Positions 24,518 through 38,763 of a stretch of DNA of 64,000 nt are shown one piece after another (the first letter of the stretch is position 1; each line of letters starts with the position of its first letter). Origin of the DNA: Octopus vulgaris (taxonomy: Eukaryota); contig OX597815.1 in NCBI GenBank assembly GCA_951406725.2, positions 186,062,001 through 186,126,000 on the forward strand, in the 5' to 3' direction. Under the pieces are notes generated by a model. The model was not told the DNA's origin and made no database searches. It saw only the letters and a list, made by a program, of their open reading frames with translations. A program made the position numbers and the translations under genes.

Positions 24518-24800
24518 TCGTTTACTTGTTTCAGTCATTTGACTGTGGCCATGCTGGAGCACCGTCTTTAGTCGAGCAAATCGACTCCCAGGACTTATTC
24601 TTTGTAAGCCTAGTACTTATTCTATCGATATCTTTTGCCGAACCGCTAAGTTACAGTGACGTAAACACTCTAGGATCGGTTGTCAAGCGATGTTGGGAGG
24701 ATAAACACAGACTCGCAAAAATATACACGCACATAGATATATATATACATATATTTACGACGGGCTTCTTTCAGTTTCCGTCTACCAAATCCACTCAAAA
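24518..24800 (-). mobile_element. SINE family A, 5'-truncated
   Basis: Matches the 3' part of the consensus. Confidence 0.85.
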
Positions 24801-26651
24801 GGTAAACTATGTTCGTAGTTGTCCAATTAGAATTAAGAGACTAGATATAAGCTTTTTACAATTGTAATTGCTTATAGTTATGTGAATGCTTGGTTAGTTT
24901 AATTTAGATAGAGTTGGCGAGGATGGATTTAGTCTTCGTCTGCAGAAGCGTTCCATTTGTGGTCTCTTATCAAATATAACCATCATGAGCTGGTTTCAGC
25001 CGTCGTGTCTCTCTCCTTAATTGCTTACTCCAGTTCTGCTGGAAACAGTGCAAGGAGCTAGCTGGAAACCTGCCGCAGCCGACTTCACTATGGAATGAGG
25101 CCACATGCTATGCTTTCAGAAGGACTTCATTGACCATGTCTTGATACTTGATTTTCTCTAACTGGTGAGTAATATCAACTGTGTCCTTCCAGAGTTCTGT
25201 ACGTTCTGCCATGATGTTTGCTTTTATACTCCCGAAGGGCAGTGTTAAACGAAAAAAGGTTTGATCTGAGGATCGGTGAATGTTACATTGCAAGGTAGAG
25301 TAAACTAAATAGCAGTCGTTTCGAAAGCTTTCACTTTTAACTTACCAGAATGACTTTTTGTTGTATTCAATTTTATCATTAATATCACACCCCAAGAATC
25401 ATTAAAGAATCATTACAGAATAATATGTTAGCTGGATTCTAAGAGAAATGTTACATGATATTATTATTATTAATATTATTAAGGCGGAGAGAATTGTTAG
25501 GGATGGCGCAAATAGTTTGAGGTGTGGAGAGAAAATTTAAGTTAACAATTGCGAAGTCGCTATCGTTATTGAAAATCTAATATTCCTATGAAAATATAAA
25601 TTTTCCCCAGGTTTGTCAGTTCACTGGGGATCAATATTGAGACACATAATTCCTTCTGTGCATTCCACCTTCAATACAAGGAAACAGCTGTAAAATTTCG
25701 AAAGTGGAAATAAACCTAAGACATCACTAATTTCCACCGAATCGATTCCTCATAGGGTTGCCAAAATGAAGCATTAGACTGTATTTTTTGTCATATGTGG
25801 CAATAGTTTTCCTGCCTATTTCAGAAATAGTATCGTTTGTAATTTATGTACGACTTTGAAGAAAATAATGCGTAAAAGTGACATAGTAATGCTTAATGAA
25901 GCGGGGGAATTAAAGCTAGTCTACAGGTACATAAATATTGTTACATGTGCAAAGGCCTGCCCCTTTAAATTTTGGTACATCATATAATGAATGCTTGCTG
26001 ATGTTGGTCTTATTGGGGTTAATCATTTAATATGGGGTTTATTTTCGAAATTTTCTTAATGGCGTATGAAGTAAAATAACGTCGGTGAACGAGAAGGGGC
26101 TAGGTTATTTTTTTTATAAATGTGAAGATGTTATTTATTGGTAGGTAATAATAACATAGTTAAGTGTATTATAATTGATTTCCTTTGAAGATTTATGTTT
26201 AAAGGAAAGGAATCTGTGACAAACTTTAGAGTCTATTTGCTATAGACTTTAATTCTAGTTGATTGCAATTAGAAATGGATTGAATGTTAATTTCATCCAA
26301 CATTGAGTTTCATTTCGCCGGGGGTTATTTCTCAATATTCCGAATTAAAGTTTTTATTTTAATTAAAAGAAAATAAGTCTTCTTTAAGAATTATTAATGG
26401 CTTTAGAACTGTTAATAGCTGGTGGAAAGATTTCCATTTGAACTTCCCAGACTTTTCTTTCTTTATTTTTTTTCCTTTACATTTTGAAAAAAAATTTTAG
26501 TTCCCAAAACATACAATTTTAAGTAATTCCTGAAGAATGAAAGAAATTTATAATTCTGTAGACATACATAAAAATAAATATCTCTAAATAGTATATGACG
26601 CTGCACACACACACATCTGTGTGTATGCATATGCTTTTTCCTGTGCATAAT

Positions 26652-26685
<34 letters not shown>

Positions 26686-26687
26686 CT

Positions 26688-27020
26688 GAGACCCCCTTCG
26701 GTCACGAATGACCATGGGATTGAACCTAGAAAGTTACCCTCTGAGGTACAAGTCCGGGCAAGGTTGATTATGGAAGGCCAACAGTCACCCATGACTACCA
26801 GCCTCCCCTCTCCACGCCACCAGTCTTATCCAAGGGAAAGGCAAGGGCCGATACAGCTTGGTATCTGTGACGTTGCAACTCATTTCTACAGCTGAGTGAA
26901 CTGGAGCAACGTGAAATAAAGTGTCTTGCTCAAGAACACAACACACAGACCGGTCCGGGATCCGTACTCACAGCCTCACGGTCGTAAGCTCGACGCTCTA
27001 ACCACTGAGCCATGCGCCTT
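26688..27020 (-). mobile_element. SINE family D (tRNA-derived)
   Basis: Reverse complement of 50464-50802; head ggcgcatggctcagtggttagagcg. Confidence 0.85.
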
Positions 27021-27109
27021 CACACACACATGCACACGCACACACACACACACTCTCTCTCTCACACACACACATATATAAATGCGTGTGTTATTTGGTG
27101 CATAGTTAT

Positions 27110-27118
27110 GTATATATG

Positions 27119-27173
<55 letters not shown>

Positions 27174-27349
27174 TATATATGCCTGTGTATATGTATGTAT
27201 ATATGTATGTATATATATATATGTATATATGTATATATATATATATATGTATGTATATATATATGTATATATGTATGTATATATATATATATATGTATGT
27301 ATATATGTATGTATATATATATACATATATATATATATGCCTGTGTATG

Positions 27350-27407
<58 letters not shown>

Positions 27408-27410
27408 CAC
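27110..27410. repeat. (TA)n/(TATG)n microsatellite
   Basis: Visible directly in the sequence. Confidence 0.95.
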
Positions 27411-28630
27411 CCACCCATACCTAGAGAATGATATATACTTCTCTTTCTAAGTATGGGCGTATGTGTGCTCGCGCATGTTCCTGTGTACGTACACACCTCG
27501 TATATATTCGCATGCAAACACCAATCTCAGAATGCACATTCAGCAACATTCTTTCAGCTATTCATAATGACTCTAAATTATTTCAATAATTTTGAATAAT
27601 TATTTCATTTCAATAATTATTTTAATTGTTTGAGCATTTAAAATTACTGCTTTAATTATACACCTATTTGTATGCCTGTCACATATTTCTAGAAACACTG
27701 TTTCGATGATTAGTTTTTATATTCCTATTAGGTATGTCTCAATAACTATTTTTTTTTCTGTTCTCCACCTTCCCTCTCTTCGCTTCTACCCTTTCCTTTC
27801 AAATAATAATTGCTGTCGGACTTCTTCAAATTGCTTCTCAGCCTCCTCAGTTTCTGCTTCACCTCATTTCTCTTCCTCACACCTCTTTCCCTTTAAACCC
27901 ATTCGACATATATCTCACCTTCTCTGTCTGCCTCTTTCTTCATCAACCATCTTCTCTTTCACTGATTCATTTCGTCTCCATACCTTACCCAGTCCATCAC
28001 ATGTAATTGCTGGCCTTTTTTTTTTGTTTTGTATTAGTCTTACCATAGATCATCTAATTATTGCTTCTCTCCCTCCCCTTCTTTTCCCCTCCCTCTGTCC
28101 CTCCCCCCTCTCTCTCTCTCTAGTATATCCAACTATATTCCATATGCAATCAAAACTTCTCTTCACACTCAGCCTCATTTTTTACTCGTTTCTTTTTCCT
28201 AATTATCGTCTTATCGTTCTTATATATCTTTCTACGTTCGTCTCCATTTTCTGAAAATTCATCTCCTCTTTCTTTAAACTAGCGATGTAGTACCTGCATC
28301 GTAGCTTCTACAAGACAACTCTGGGGTAAGATAAACCAAAACGTCCTTATGAGAGTTAAAAAGAATTTATAATTTTTATCATACATCGTTTCAACGTTTA
28401 AATCTTTATTTGTCGATCATATCTATTGTACGTAAGTATGAATGTGCGTGCGTACAGGCATGTGTGTGTGTATATATTATATTTTACTCCTCTGGTTATG
28501 ATCAATTATCGATTTCGTCTTTGTAATTTTGTGATTTAAAATTATTTTGTATGTTGGTGGTTGATGTAAACTGCTCGTGATTGAGAAAACCAAATGAAGT
28601 CGTTTTCGTTGCACAATTTGCAACCATTTA

Positions 28631-28805
28631 TGGTCACAGATTTTATGGTGCTGATGTACTCTTTTCTGCGTGTCTGCTTAACACCCGCGTTGTCCATCAT
28701 CTTTCTCCTTCTGTACCGAGGAACTGCTACAAGATACTTCTCCGAGTCATTCGGTAATCTGTAAAACTATGCCTCACAGTTCTGAGATTGGAGGTTCTGA
28801 GAATG

Positions 28806-28891
<86 letters not shown>

Positions 28892-29405
28892 CGATGTTGT
28901 TATGTTAAACTGTGGTATGAACAAATTAGGGCAAATGCGGGGGTTTTTTTTCAATATTTAGTTTTGCTCGCAGTGGCCGGTTCTTTTAGTCAAACTATCG
29001 TATTTCCAGCTGCTTTAGACGCTAGCATGTCAAAAGTAGTACAGCGGTTTCGCTATGGAATGGTGAAATAATGTTTTCGTATTCTGAAAAAGCAACGTTT
29101 TGGACTCACGGCACTTTTGTATAATAGTAACGATATATGAGTATATATATAAATTTATTTATATACATACACACACACACATATATATAAACGTTGCTTT
29201 TTCAGAATACGAAAACATTATTTCACCATTCCATAGCGAAACCGCTGTACTACTTTTGACATGCTAGCGTCTGAAGCAGCTGGAAATACGATAGTTTGAC
29301 AAAAAGAACCGGCCACTGCGAGCAAAACTAAATATTGAAAAAAAAAAACCGCATTTGCCCTAATTTGTTCATACCACAGTTTAACATAACAACATCGATA
29401 TATAT

Positions 29406-29485
<80 letters not shown>

Positions 29486-29664
29486 TCGTGTTGAATTCCC
29501 TACAAGTGGATTCCTTATGTGTTTAAATATACACTATATCGTATGACTAATATATAGTCTTCTTAACTAATTTTTTTTGCACGTTAGAGCACTGGAAATG
29601 TAAATTTTGATTGAATGTTTTAATTTTAATTAAATTCCATTTCCCTTTGACATGATTATATATA

Positions 29665-29721
<57 letters not shown>

Positions 29722-29909
29722 TATTATTATTATTATTCTCAGAACCTCCAATCTCAGAACTGTGAGGCATAGTTTTACAGATTACCGAATGACTCGGAGA
29801 AGTATCTTGTAGCAGTTCCTCGGTACAGAAGGAGAAAGATGTTGGACAACGCGGGTGTTAAGCAGACACGCAAAAATGAGTACATCAGCACCATGAAATC
29901 TGTGACCAT
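28631..29909. repeat. Large nested inverted repeat (A-B-B'-A')
   Basis: 28631-28804 pairs with 29735-29909; 28890-29099 pairs with 29189-29398. Confidence 0.9.
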
Positions 29910-30440
29910 ATATATATATATATATATACGCACACGCGTGCATACCCACAAACGACGAGAAAGCGATAGTAGTTTACACAGTGAGTCAAATACGTGAGTT
30001 TAAACACAATGAGTTTAAATACGTATATGGGGGGTGTCTTTGTGGCTGTGTGTGTCTGCGTGTATGATTCTCACAAGCATGTATATCTCATTTTTAGCTA
30101 TGGTTGCAGTTCATATCTGAAAAGATACGGAGATAACTTTCTCGGCGCAAATCGATGTGATATACAGATCTTTTAGGAATTGTAAAATTCTGACAGAAAT
30201 ACTGCAAAATGACACCGACCGAAATGGATATACGTTTCATGATATGCATATAACTTCTTGTAATCAATATTTCCGGCTCCAAAATTATTGCGATAACGTG
30301 TAACTCGCCATCTTTCTATTGAATTCTTGTAATGGTACATGATCGAAATATTCGTAATTTGTTATATTACAAACCAGAAAGAGTAAAAATGCTTGGCAAA
30401 ATTATTTGTAAGCTTTTTCAAATAAACTATTGTTGCACAA

Positions 30441-30710
30441 TTCGTTTTTGGATTTGGTTTGCAAGATTCTTTATATGATTTCGTGTGTTGAAGCATATTC
30501 TGTTGTGTCTGAGGAGAGTCATTTTTCTTTTTGTGCCTTATAATGTAACACACTCACCAGTAAAAAGAGCCAAGACTATTGAAAAGGTTGCAAGACGCAA
30601 GGAAAATTTCAGGAAAATAAAAATAAGAAATAAGTGTAAATTTTACCGGTGAGTGTGTTACATTATAAGGCACAAAAAGAAAATTATTCCCCCCAGACAC
30701 AACAGAATAT
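30441..30710. mobile_element. Fold-back element family E, copy 2
   Basis: 30495-30563 is reverse-complementary to 30640-30710. Confidence 0.8.
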
Positions 30711-31904
30711 TGTTGTGCAAATAGATGGTTTATACTCACATAATTGATTCCAGTTTAACAGGACACAAAGATAACGTCGGCAGAATTTGAACTCTAAATA
30801 CTCCAATAGATATTATTTTAACGTGTGCAATGTTGGTAAATTTATATCATAAGAATACAATTCCTAAAAAATATTTCTGAAGGAGCATATCTTTTATATG
30901 CCAAATTATCTCATGTAGGATGTTAACACTATATGCAGATGTGCAGCAGTCATACTGTTGGCAGAGAACAAGTAACTAAAATCGTGTCAAAAGTTTTATT
31001 TTAGTTAAACTTTATACAATATTAGAGATCCCCGAACGTTTGTGATGAGAATGGCGTTTTTATTAGCACTTTTATTGTTAATTATCGGAGATATGGTAAC
31101 ATTTAATGCATATCTTGCTCGGTTAATCTCTAGGTCTCAAACTCTTAATTAACCTTTTTTATTCTTTCTTTGCTTGTTAAAACTGATTGGATATAAACTG
31201 ATGTCCTTAGCTTGTCCCTTTCTCTCATAAATACGGCAATGAACTAGAACAAGCGGAATGAGCTCTCGGTGACTGTATTTGATATCAGAATTAATGCTCT
31301 GGTTGAAAATCATTAGAAGTTTTTATGGATAATTCCATCTCTACCGGAACAGACATACAAAAGAGCATGGTCGACGGAATAATATAAAAGGCCATCTGAA
31401 TTGGAATACCCTTAACTTCATCCAATGCGAATCCAATATTTCGCCTAATTTGCATTCCATTGTTTGTAGTCTTAACTTGAGATCTGTAAATATCTTTACT
31501 GTTCAACGAACTTAACCTATTCGCTTATCCTGAACATGTTATACAGTTATCATTTGCATTCGTTTGGTCTGTTATCATTTTACCTTTCACTGTTGTTCAT
31601 CCGAAATCTATTCATAGATCTGTACTCAATAATTTTGCAGTTTGAATCCAGTTAATTATTCCTGATTAGGATGGAGCAGGCCCATGATTAAAAGCGTTCA
31701 AGTCGGACGTGACAATCCACTACCTTCTGTCAATTTGATTATAATAATGTTTATAAAGTTGGAGTTAGTTTGTTGGAAATTTTATATATTTGTGTAATTT
31801 ATTTTCAGACTTTGAAGTCTCTTACTTTATATGCATAGTCGATGACGTCGTCCTTTTGTAAAGATAATTCATTCTTTTTTTTATTAATATTAAATCATTT
31901 TTAA

Positions 31905-32390
31905 AGCAGCGAGAGGGCAGAAATATTTGCACGCCGCGTAAAATGCTTAGCGGCATTTGCCTACTTTTTACGTTCTGAGTCCAAATTCCGCCGAGGTCAT
32001 CTCTACTTTTCATTCTTTGGAAGTCTATAAAATAAGTGAGAGTTGAGTACAGGGGTCGCTGTTGTTGACGTACTATCCCCGCAGCCGCCACACCAGCACT
32101 GAAGTTGCCAGCGTGGACCAAAATTTGAAACCGATATTAATAAACTCCCTCTCGATCTCCTGTCTTTTATTTTTTAAGGTGGTGCGCCGGCAGAAACGTT
32201 AGCACACCCGGCAAAATCATATGTGGTATTTCACTCATCCTTATATTTTGAGTTCAAATTCCGCCGAGGTCGACTTTACATTTCATCATTTAGGGGTCGA
32301 TAAAATAAGTACCAGTTGAGTACAGTGGTCGATTTAATCAACTAGTCCCTCCCCCAAAATTGCTGGCCTTGTGCTGAAATTTGAAAGCAA
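31905..32390 (+). mobile_element. Two tandem SINE family B copies
   Basis: Head ggcagaaacgttagcac, gagttcaaattccgccgaggtcgac core. Confidence 0.8.
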
Positions 32391-32415
32391 TATTAAATTA
32401 TTTTACTATGTATTC

Positions 32416-32780
32416 GTGGCACTCCGTCGGTTACGACGACGAGGGTTCCAGCTAATCCGATCAGCGGAACAGCCTGCTTGTGAAATTAACTTGTAAGTGG
32501 CTGAGCACTCCATAGACATGTCTACCCTTAACGTAGTTCTCAGAGAGATTCAGCGTGACACAGAGTGTGACAAGGCTGGCCCTTTGAAATACAGATACAA
32601 CAGAAACAGGTAGAAAGAATGAGAAACGTTGTGGGGAAAGAGTGCAGCAGGGTTCGCTACCACCGCCTGCCGGAGTCTCGTGGAGCTTTAGTTATTTTCG
32701 GTCAATAAACACTCATGACACCCAGTCTGGGAATCGAAACCGCGAGTCCGCTGCCCTAGCCACTTGGCCATTGCGCCTCG
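32416..32780 (-). mobile_element. SINE family C
   Basis: Reverse complement of 23270-23630. Confidence 0.85.
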
Positions 32781-33668
32781 AGACTGTGTTTTATGTGGCA
32801 TCATCTATCCCTTCGTTTTTCCATTTGTTTTTTCTTTTATTTGTCATCTTTTTTAATATGCCGTTTAGTTATTATCTTGTTATTAGCTTTCAGTTTATTC
32901 AGATATTTCCTTCACCTGCTTTTCAATTTATTTTACTTTATTGCTAAAACCAAATTTTTACGCTTGAATGTAATTAAAAATTGAAAATATTTTTTTAAAT
33001 GATGGCTACTTAACCACAAGTAAACACGGAAAGGCAAAGAAGATCAGAGGAAAGTAATGTACAGACACAAATATTTAAACTATTTAGAATTGTTCGATAA
33101 ATACAACCTCAAAATATTGTAAGCGCTTTGTGAAGTGACACATTAAAAATGGTGTTTAATTAATGTTAACAAACATTCGGCAAACTGATTTAATATAAAG
33201 TGATAGCGAGAAAACTTAGGATATACGTACTATCATTTGCTTTTATCTTTCAAAACTCAGTTAATTGCATTAAGCATTAATATTTATTTGAAATTATTTT
33301 TGTGGTGTACGATATCAAATCTGCAAATGCATTTTTTTATTCATTTAATTAAGCAACTAGAAAGATTCAAGTTAATTACAATATATAAAAAGGTTGCATC
33401 TAATTAATTAATAATATCGATTACTAACACGCGGACAAGGCCACGTGTTTCAGGGAGTTTATATCTTATCAGATTAACCCAAGTACTTTGGAGTATCGAT
33501 CTCAGACGAAGAAAGTCACCCCTAATAATATTTGAATGCAGGACGTAAATAGTCGCAAGTAATACTAGAAGGGGTTTTCTCTTTAACCTCGATTTTGCCG
33601 TATAACACACGACATTATTGGTTATTATTCTAAAAAGGATAACAAATTATCTAAAATATTTCTCCATA

Positions 33669-33833
33669 GGCATAGGAGTGGCTGTGTGATAAGTAGTTTG
33701 CTTACCAACCACATGGTTCCGGGTTCAGTCCCACTGCGTGGCAACTTGGACAAGTGTCTTCTACTATAGCCTAGGGCAAACCAAGGCCTTGTGAGTGGAT
33801 TCGGTAGACGGAAACTGAAAGAAGCCCATCGTA

Positions 33834-33907
<74 letters not shown>

Positions 33908-34107
33908 TGTGTGTGTGAGTGTGTGTATGTATGTTTGGGTGTCTGTGTTTGTCCCCCCAACATCACTTGAAAACCTAGTACTTATTCTGTCGGTGTCTTT
34001 TACCGAACCGCTAAGTTACGTGGACATAAACACACCAGCATCGGTTGTCAAGCAATGCTGGGGGAGGGGACAAACACAGACATACAAACATACACACATA
34101 CACGCAC

Positions 34108-34151
<44 letters not shown>

Positions 34152-34330
34152 TTATATATACATATATACGACGAGCTTCTTTCAGTTTCTGTCTACCAAA
34201 TCCACTCAGAAGGCTTTGGTCGACCCGAGGCTATAATAGAAAACACTTGCCCAAGGTGCCACGCAGTGGGACTGAACCCGAAACCATGTGGCTGATAAGC
34301 AAGCTACCCTCCACACAGCCATTCCTAGGC
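33669..34330. mobile_element. Two SINE family A copies fused in inverted orientation (+ 33669-33972, - 33974-34330)
   Basis: Both heads point outward; both lack the 3' tail at the junction. Confidence 0.85.
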
Positions 34331-34567
34331 CTTACAAAATTATCTCACACCTAACTCTCAGATACAATGCTCTAGCTACGAAATACAACCCTGTCAAAAC
34401 ACTGTGTTTAAAGATTGGAAATCCAAACGAGTAAACCGAAACTTCAAATTCACAAAATTCACGGTCAACCACTTCAATATAAAAAATAATAATGAATATC
34501 ATACTTTTAGTAAAAAGAAACTCTTGAGTGGTCTTCCAATTTAAGTATCAGCTATTTGTCCACTCAT

Positions 34568-34876
34568 ATGTATGTATGTATGTATATATGTTTGTATGTA
34601 TGTATGTATGTATGTATGTATGTATGTATGTATGTATGTATGTATGTATGTATGTATGTATGTATGCATGCATGCATGTATGTATGTATGTATGTATGTA
34701 TGTATGTATGTGTATGTATTTATGTATGTATATATGTATGTATGTATGCATGCATGCATGTATGTATGTATGTATGTTTGTATGTATGTATGTATGTATG
34801 CATCCATGCATGTATGTATGTATGTATGTATGTATGTATGTATGTATGTATGTATGTATGTATGTATGTATGTATG
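34568..34876. repeat. (TATG)n microsatellite
   Basis: Visible directly in the sequence. Confidence 0.95.
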
Positions 34877-34912
34877 TGATTATTTGTGTATCTTGTGATC
34901 GTGATTATTTCG

Positions 34913-35050
34913 GGTAAAGGTTTTAGCTGCCAATTCTGCACAAGACATTGTAGATCTTTAGCTGGGCTAAAAAGCCACATTCCATCACAGCACCGATAAC
35001 AGTTAAGACCTCGTGCAATGGCCATAGTCGATAACGAGGGGGCAGACATC
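34913..35050 (+). mobile_element. 3' end of an RTE-clade LINE (C-terminal C2H2 finger and short tail)
   Basis: 34913-34999 translates to GKGFSCQFCTRHCRSLAGLKSHIPSQHR*, the CxxCxRxCxSxxGLxSH pattern typical of RTE ORF ends. Confidence 0.6.
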
Positions 35051-36108
35051 ACATGTGTGCATATTTCTATGTGTCTTGTGGTCGTGATTATGTGCGTTTA
35101 TTTCTACTGTCTCACTTTACGTGTCCTATCCTGAAGAGGAGTGGGGACCCCTACCTCAGACTTGTTTCTCGGATGATTTCTTTTCCAAGCCAGATGAGTT
35201 TAGAAACAAAAATTGAAGTACGAAAATAAAGCTGTCATCAATGGAATCGTTCAACGACAGCCATTTTGTGAGATGCTACACTAGATAAGAATATAGCGAT
35301 TCGCTATTTAATTACGAACATTTTCAATAGAAATCATATAATCAAAGGTTTGGCCAGCAATGTCATAATTCTGGTCTCTTTAAAATCACGTTATTGTTTA
35401 CAGGCTAACGAATTTAATCAATTAAAAGTGATTAGAGTTGACCTGCGTGTTCATATACCGGAAGCATTCATTAGTGAATCGTAAATGAATAGATTTTGTC
35501 CCAACATCAATGACTTTTACACTAGAATAGCATTTGTTTCCCTATAGAATTGTTGTTTTTTTTTAATTAGTATAAGTAGAGTATCTCTTTATATCGTTCG
35601 AGTCGAACTTAATTTATTCGGATGTAACTGACAGATACACAAAAGTGTATGTCTGTGCTATAAGTATGTGTCTGTGTCTGTGTCTGTATGTGTATAACGT
35701 GGTGCATCAACATGCGTATTAGAGGTAGGATGAAAGTAATTTAAACAACAAGAAAGCTGTAAAATTATATTATGATATTACGACATAACTTTCTATATCA
35801 AGATGATTTTTTCAGAATAATTTAATTAATTTCTGTTGCTTCGGAAAAAAAAATAAATCTGTTACTTGACGATAAAGCCAAACAGAATATTAGTAACTTT
35901 ATATTTTACTGAGAACATTATTTGTGTAACTGAAGTAACCTGGCTTCCGGTATCGAAATCCACATTACAAACTCGGCTTTCTAGAAACTTAACTTTTGGC
36001 CACCAATGTTACGTCATATTGTGGTATTGTTTTTATGTCATTCAGTTGTGTCTCTGTCGTCTAATAGCACACAATGTTGCTTTTTTTAATTTCATTTAAA
36101 TATATCTA

Positions 36109-36273
36109 GGCGCAAGAGTGGCTGTGTGGTAAGTAGCTTGCTTACCAGCCATGTGGTTCCGGGTTCAGTCCCACTGCGTGGCATCTTAGGAAAGTGTCTT
36201 CTGCTATATCCCCGGGCCGACCAATGCCTTGTGAGTGGATTTGGTAGACGGAAACTGAAAGAAGCCTGTCGTA

Positions 36274-36325
<52 letters not shown>

Positions 36326-36545
36326 TGTGTATATGTTTGTGTGTCTGTGTTTGTCCCCCTAGCATTGTTTGACAACCGATGCTGGTTTGTTTACGTCCCC
36401 GTCACTTAGCGGTTCGGCAAAAGAGACCGATATAATAAGTACTAAGCTTACAAAGAATAAGTCACGGGGTCGATTTGCTCGACTACAGGCGGTGCTCCAG
36501 CATGGCCGCAGTCAGATGACTGAAACAAGTAAAAGAGTAAAAGAG
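36109..36545 (+). mobile_element. SINE family A, full length
   Basis: Matches consensus. Confidence 0.9.
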
Positions 36546-38015
36546 AAAAAAAGAATGTGATATCGCAATCTAACGTATAATGCGATTATACATGAGGCAA
36601 TATTCAATGGTGGAATTTCCATAATCAATTAAATCGAACCCATTGTAACACTTATACACAATCCCTCTCGGAATAATGACAGGCAGCATAATCGTAAGTA
36701 ATTGCTTATAGTGTCTTATGTAATAACTGCACAGAGCCGTAGAATCAGCGCTTAGCGAGCGGGGTCCTGTTTCACTCAATATCTGAATTTGTCTTGCTTC
36801 TACGCGGCCACTAATGCACTAGCTAATTGTACGGACATCTACGTATAAAATTTCCCTCATCCATAAATCTGAGATACTATATCTCGTCAGAAGATAACCA
36901 CATTATAAATATCAATCATGTGGAGGAGATAAATTTTCAATACTTCATAAAAGAAAGCTCCAAATATTCATTGAAACTACGTTGCATAAAATTCATCACA
37001 TTTTATGGCATCAGACCGGCAGTCATTTAAATAAGTTAAAAGAATTAATCTGAATAAGTGGTCAGAATAGGTATAGTATTGCATTGAAAGGAGAGAAATA
37101 AATATATGATATTGGCATAAGAATTTCAAAATTTATAGCTATAGCATGGTTTCGGAAAGGACGTTTAGTTGCTAGCTGACGTCTTTTCATCAGAATGCAA
37201 TTTAGTATTGTAGTATTTCTTTAATAAACTATTTGGAAACATGAACAGCTATATTGAAGCAAAATGTAGCAAATATAGTCTTAAGAATGAAATGTATGCT
37301 TACTGAGAGATTATTTCCGAGAAAATACAATGGGTTTTCAAACAACGTATTCATAATAAAAGAATCTGTTTCAAACACACTTTGGACGTAATGTTCTAAT
37401 ATCTTTTAGAGTTCATTGTGACAGACAATAGCATATGAGAAGGAAGCTGGCACAAAAGGTAAAATTTAAATGTAATAGTCTTTCACACTTTCACTCACGA
37501 TACAATAGAAAATTATTTAAGTGAGTTGAAAACTACATTATAGATGATAGATAAAAAAAAAGGAAGATCTCAGAAAAGCTAAAGTTCACTTTATACGAGT
37601 CAAAGAAACATGTCGTCGCTTCACAATTTCCTATGCTTTTCGAATGCGCAGGTTAAACAAAACATGGTACATACAAATGTGTTGTGGAAATATATGAATG
37701 CTGGCATCTATATAGGTGTATATACAAGCACGTATAGTGGTGAATCTATATCTCCTCCTCTTCATACATCCTATATATACATACACACACACATACTCGC
37801 ACGTACTCAGGCGCGCACATACACACATGTATGCAGACGTAGAGTGCAATGAAGATTTGCTTTAATATGTTGTTTTCGTGCATCTTAAAGGTCGACGTTT
37901 TGTTATGCAACCTGGTGGACCAGTTAGATCGACATTTGTGCTTATGTGTATGTATATATACATATATGCATATACATAAACATACATATATATATATGTG
38001 CGTATATGTGTTTAT

Positions 38016-38385
38016 TATTACCTCTGCCTTCGCTAAGGCGGAGGTATTGTCTTCAGTCGTGTTTGTTTGTTTGTCCGTGGACAAGATATCTCAAGAACTG
38101 CTGGATGGATTCGGATGAAATTTTCAGGGGTGTGTGACCTCGTGACTGACACGAACTGATTCGATTTTAGGATCGATCCGGTACCGGACAAGGATTCTGG
38201 ATTATTTTTCCGGTCTTTTTACTTAATTTTTGAGAGCGATCGGGTTCATTTTTAGTATTATCGTTTTTGAGAGAAGTCAAATTTATTTCAGATATTCTCA
38301 TTTTAAAATTCATCTCCGGCTAATCGTTGAGAGGAAGTCAGTGTTGCCTTGATGGAGGTTTGCGCTCTCTGAGTGCTCTTGATTA
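38016..38385 (+). mobile_element. Non-autonomous Helentron-associated (HINE/DINE-1-like) element
   Basis: 5' hairpin tacctctgcctt-cgct-aaggcggaggta, (GTTT)n tract, 3' subterminal repeat tggaggt followed by stem-loop gcgctc-tct-gagtgc. Confidence 0.65.
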
Positions 38386-38399
38386 TATTGCTTTCGAAA

Positions 38400-38605
38400 T
38401 TTTGCACAAGGCCAGCAAGTTTGGGGCAGGGGATTAATCGATTGCATCGACCTCAGTGTTCACCGGTACTTATTTTATCGACCCCGAAAAGTTGAAAAAC
38501 AATGGTGACCTCGGCAGAATTTGAACTAAGAACATAAAGACGAACCTAATTCAACTAAGAAGTTCGCACTGTTCGCTAACGATTCTGTCAATTCACCGCC
38601 TTCGT
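38400..38605 (-). mobile_element. SINE family B
   Basis: Reverse complement of consensus. Confidence 0.75.
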
Positions 38606-38763
38606 ATAAATGCAGTTCTTCTCCCTTCTTGTTTGGAAACTTGTATGTCTGTAGTAGCGTGCTTTGTAATACATGAAATGTGTCATGCCATCTGGTTTGC
38701 CTCTCAAGTGCAACTGTCTCAAGCTTATTGAAATGTCTGAAGATAATATCCTGAAATCTCAGT

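Noticed and set aside
24900-25300. Possible exon or RTE remnant
   Set aside because: No convincing splice sites or continuous motif
28631-29909. Hammerhead motif in the large palindrome (and in 61339-61670)
   Set aside because: No CUGANGA...GAAA arrangement with supporting stems found on either strand by eye
34913-34999. Host C2H2 zinc-finger gene exon
   Set aside because: A single finger followed directly by a stop, no TGEKP linker; better explained as an RTE C-terminus
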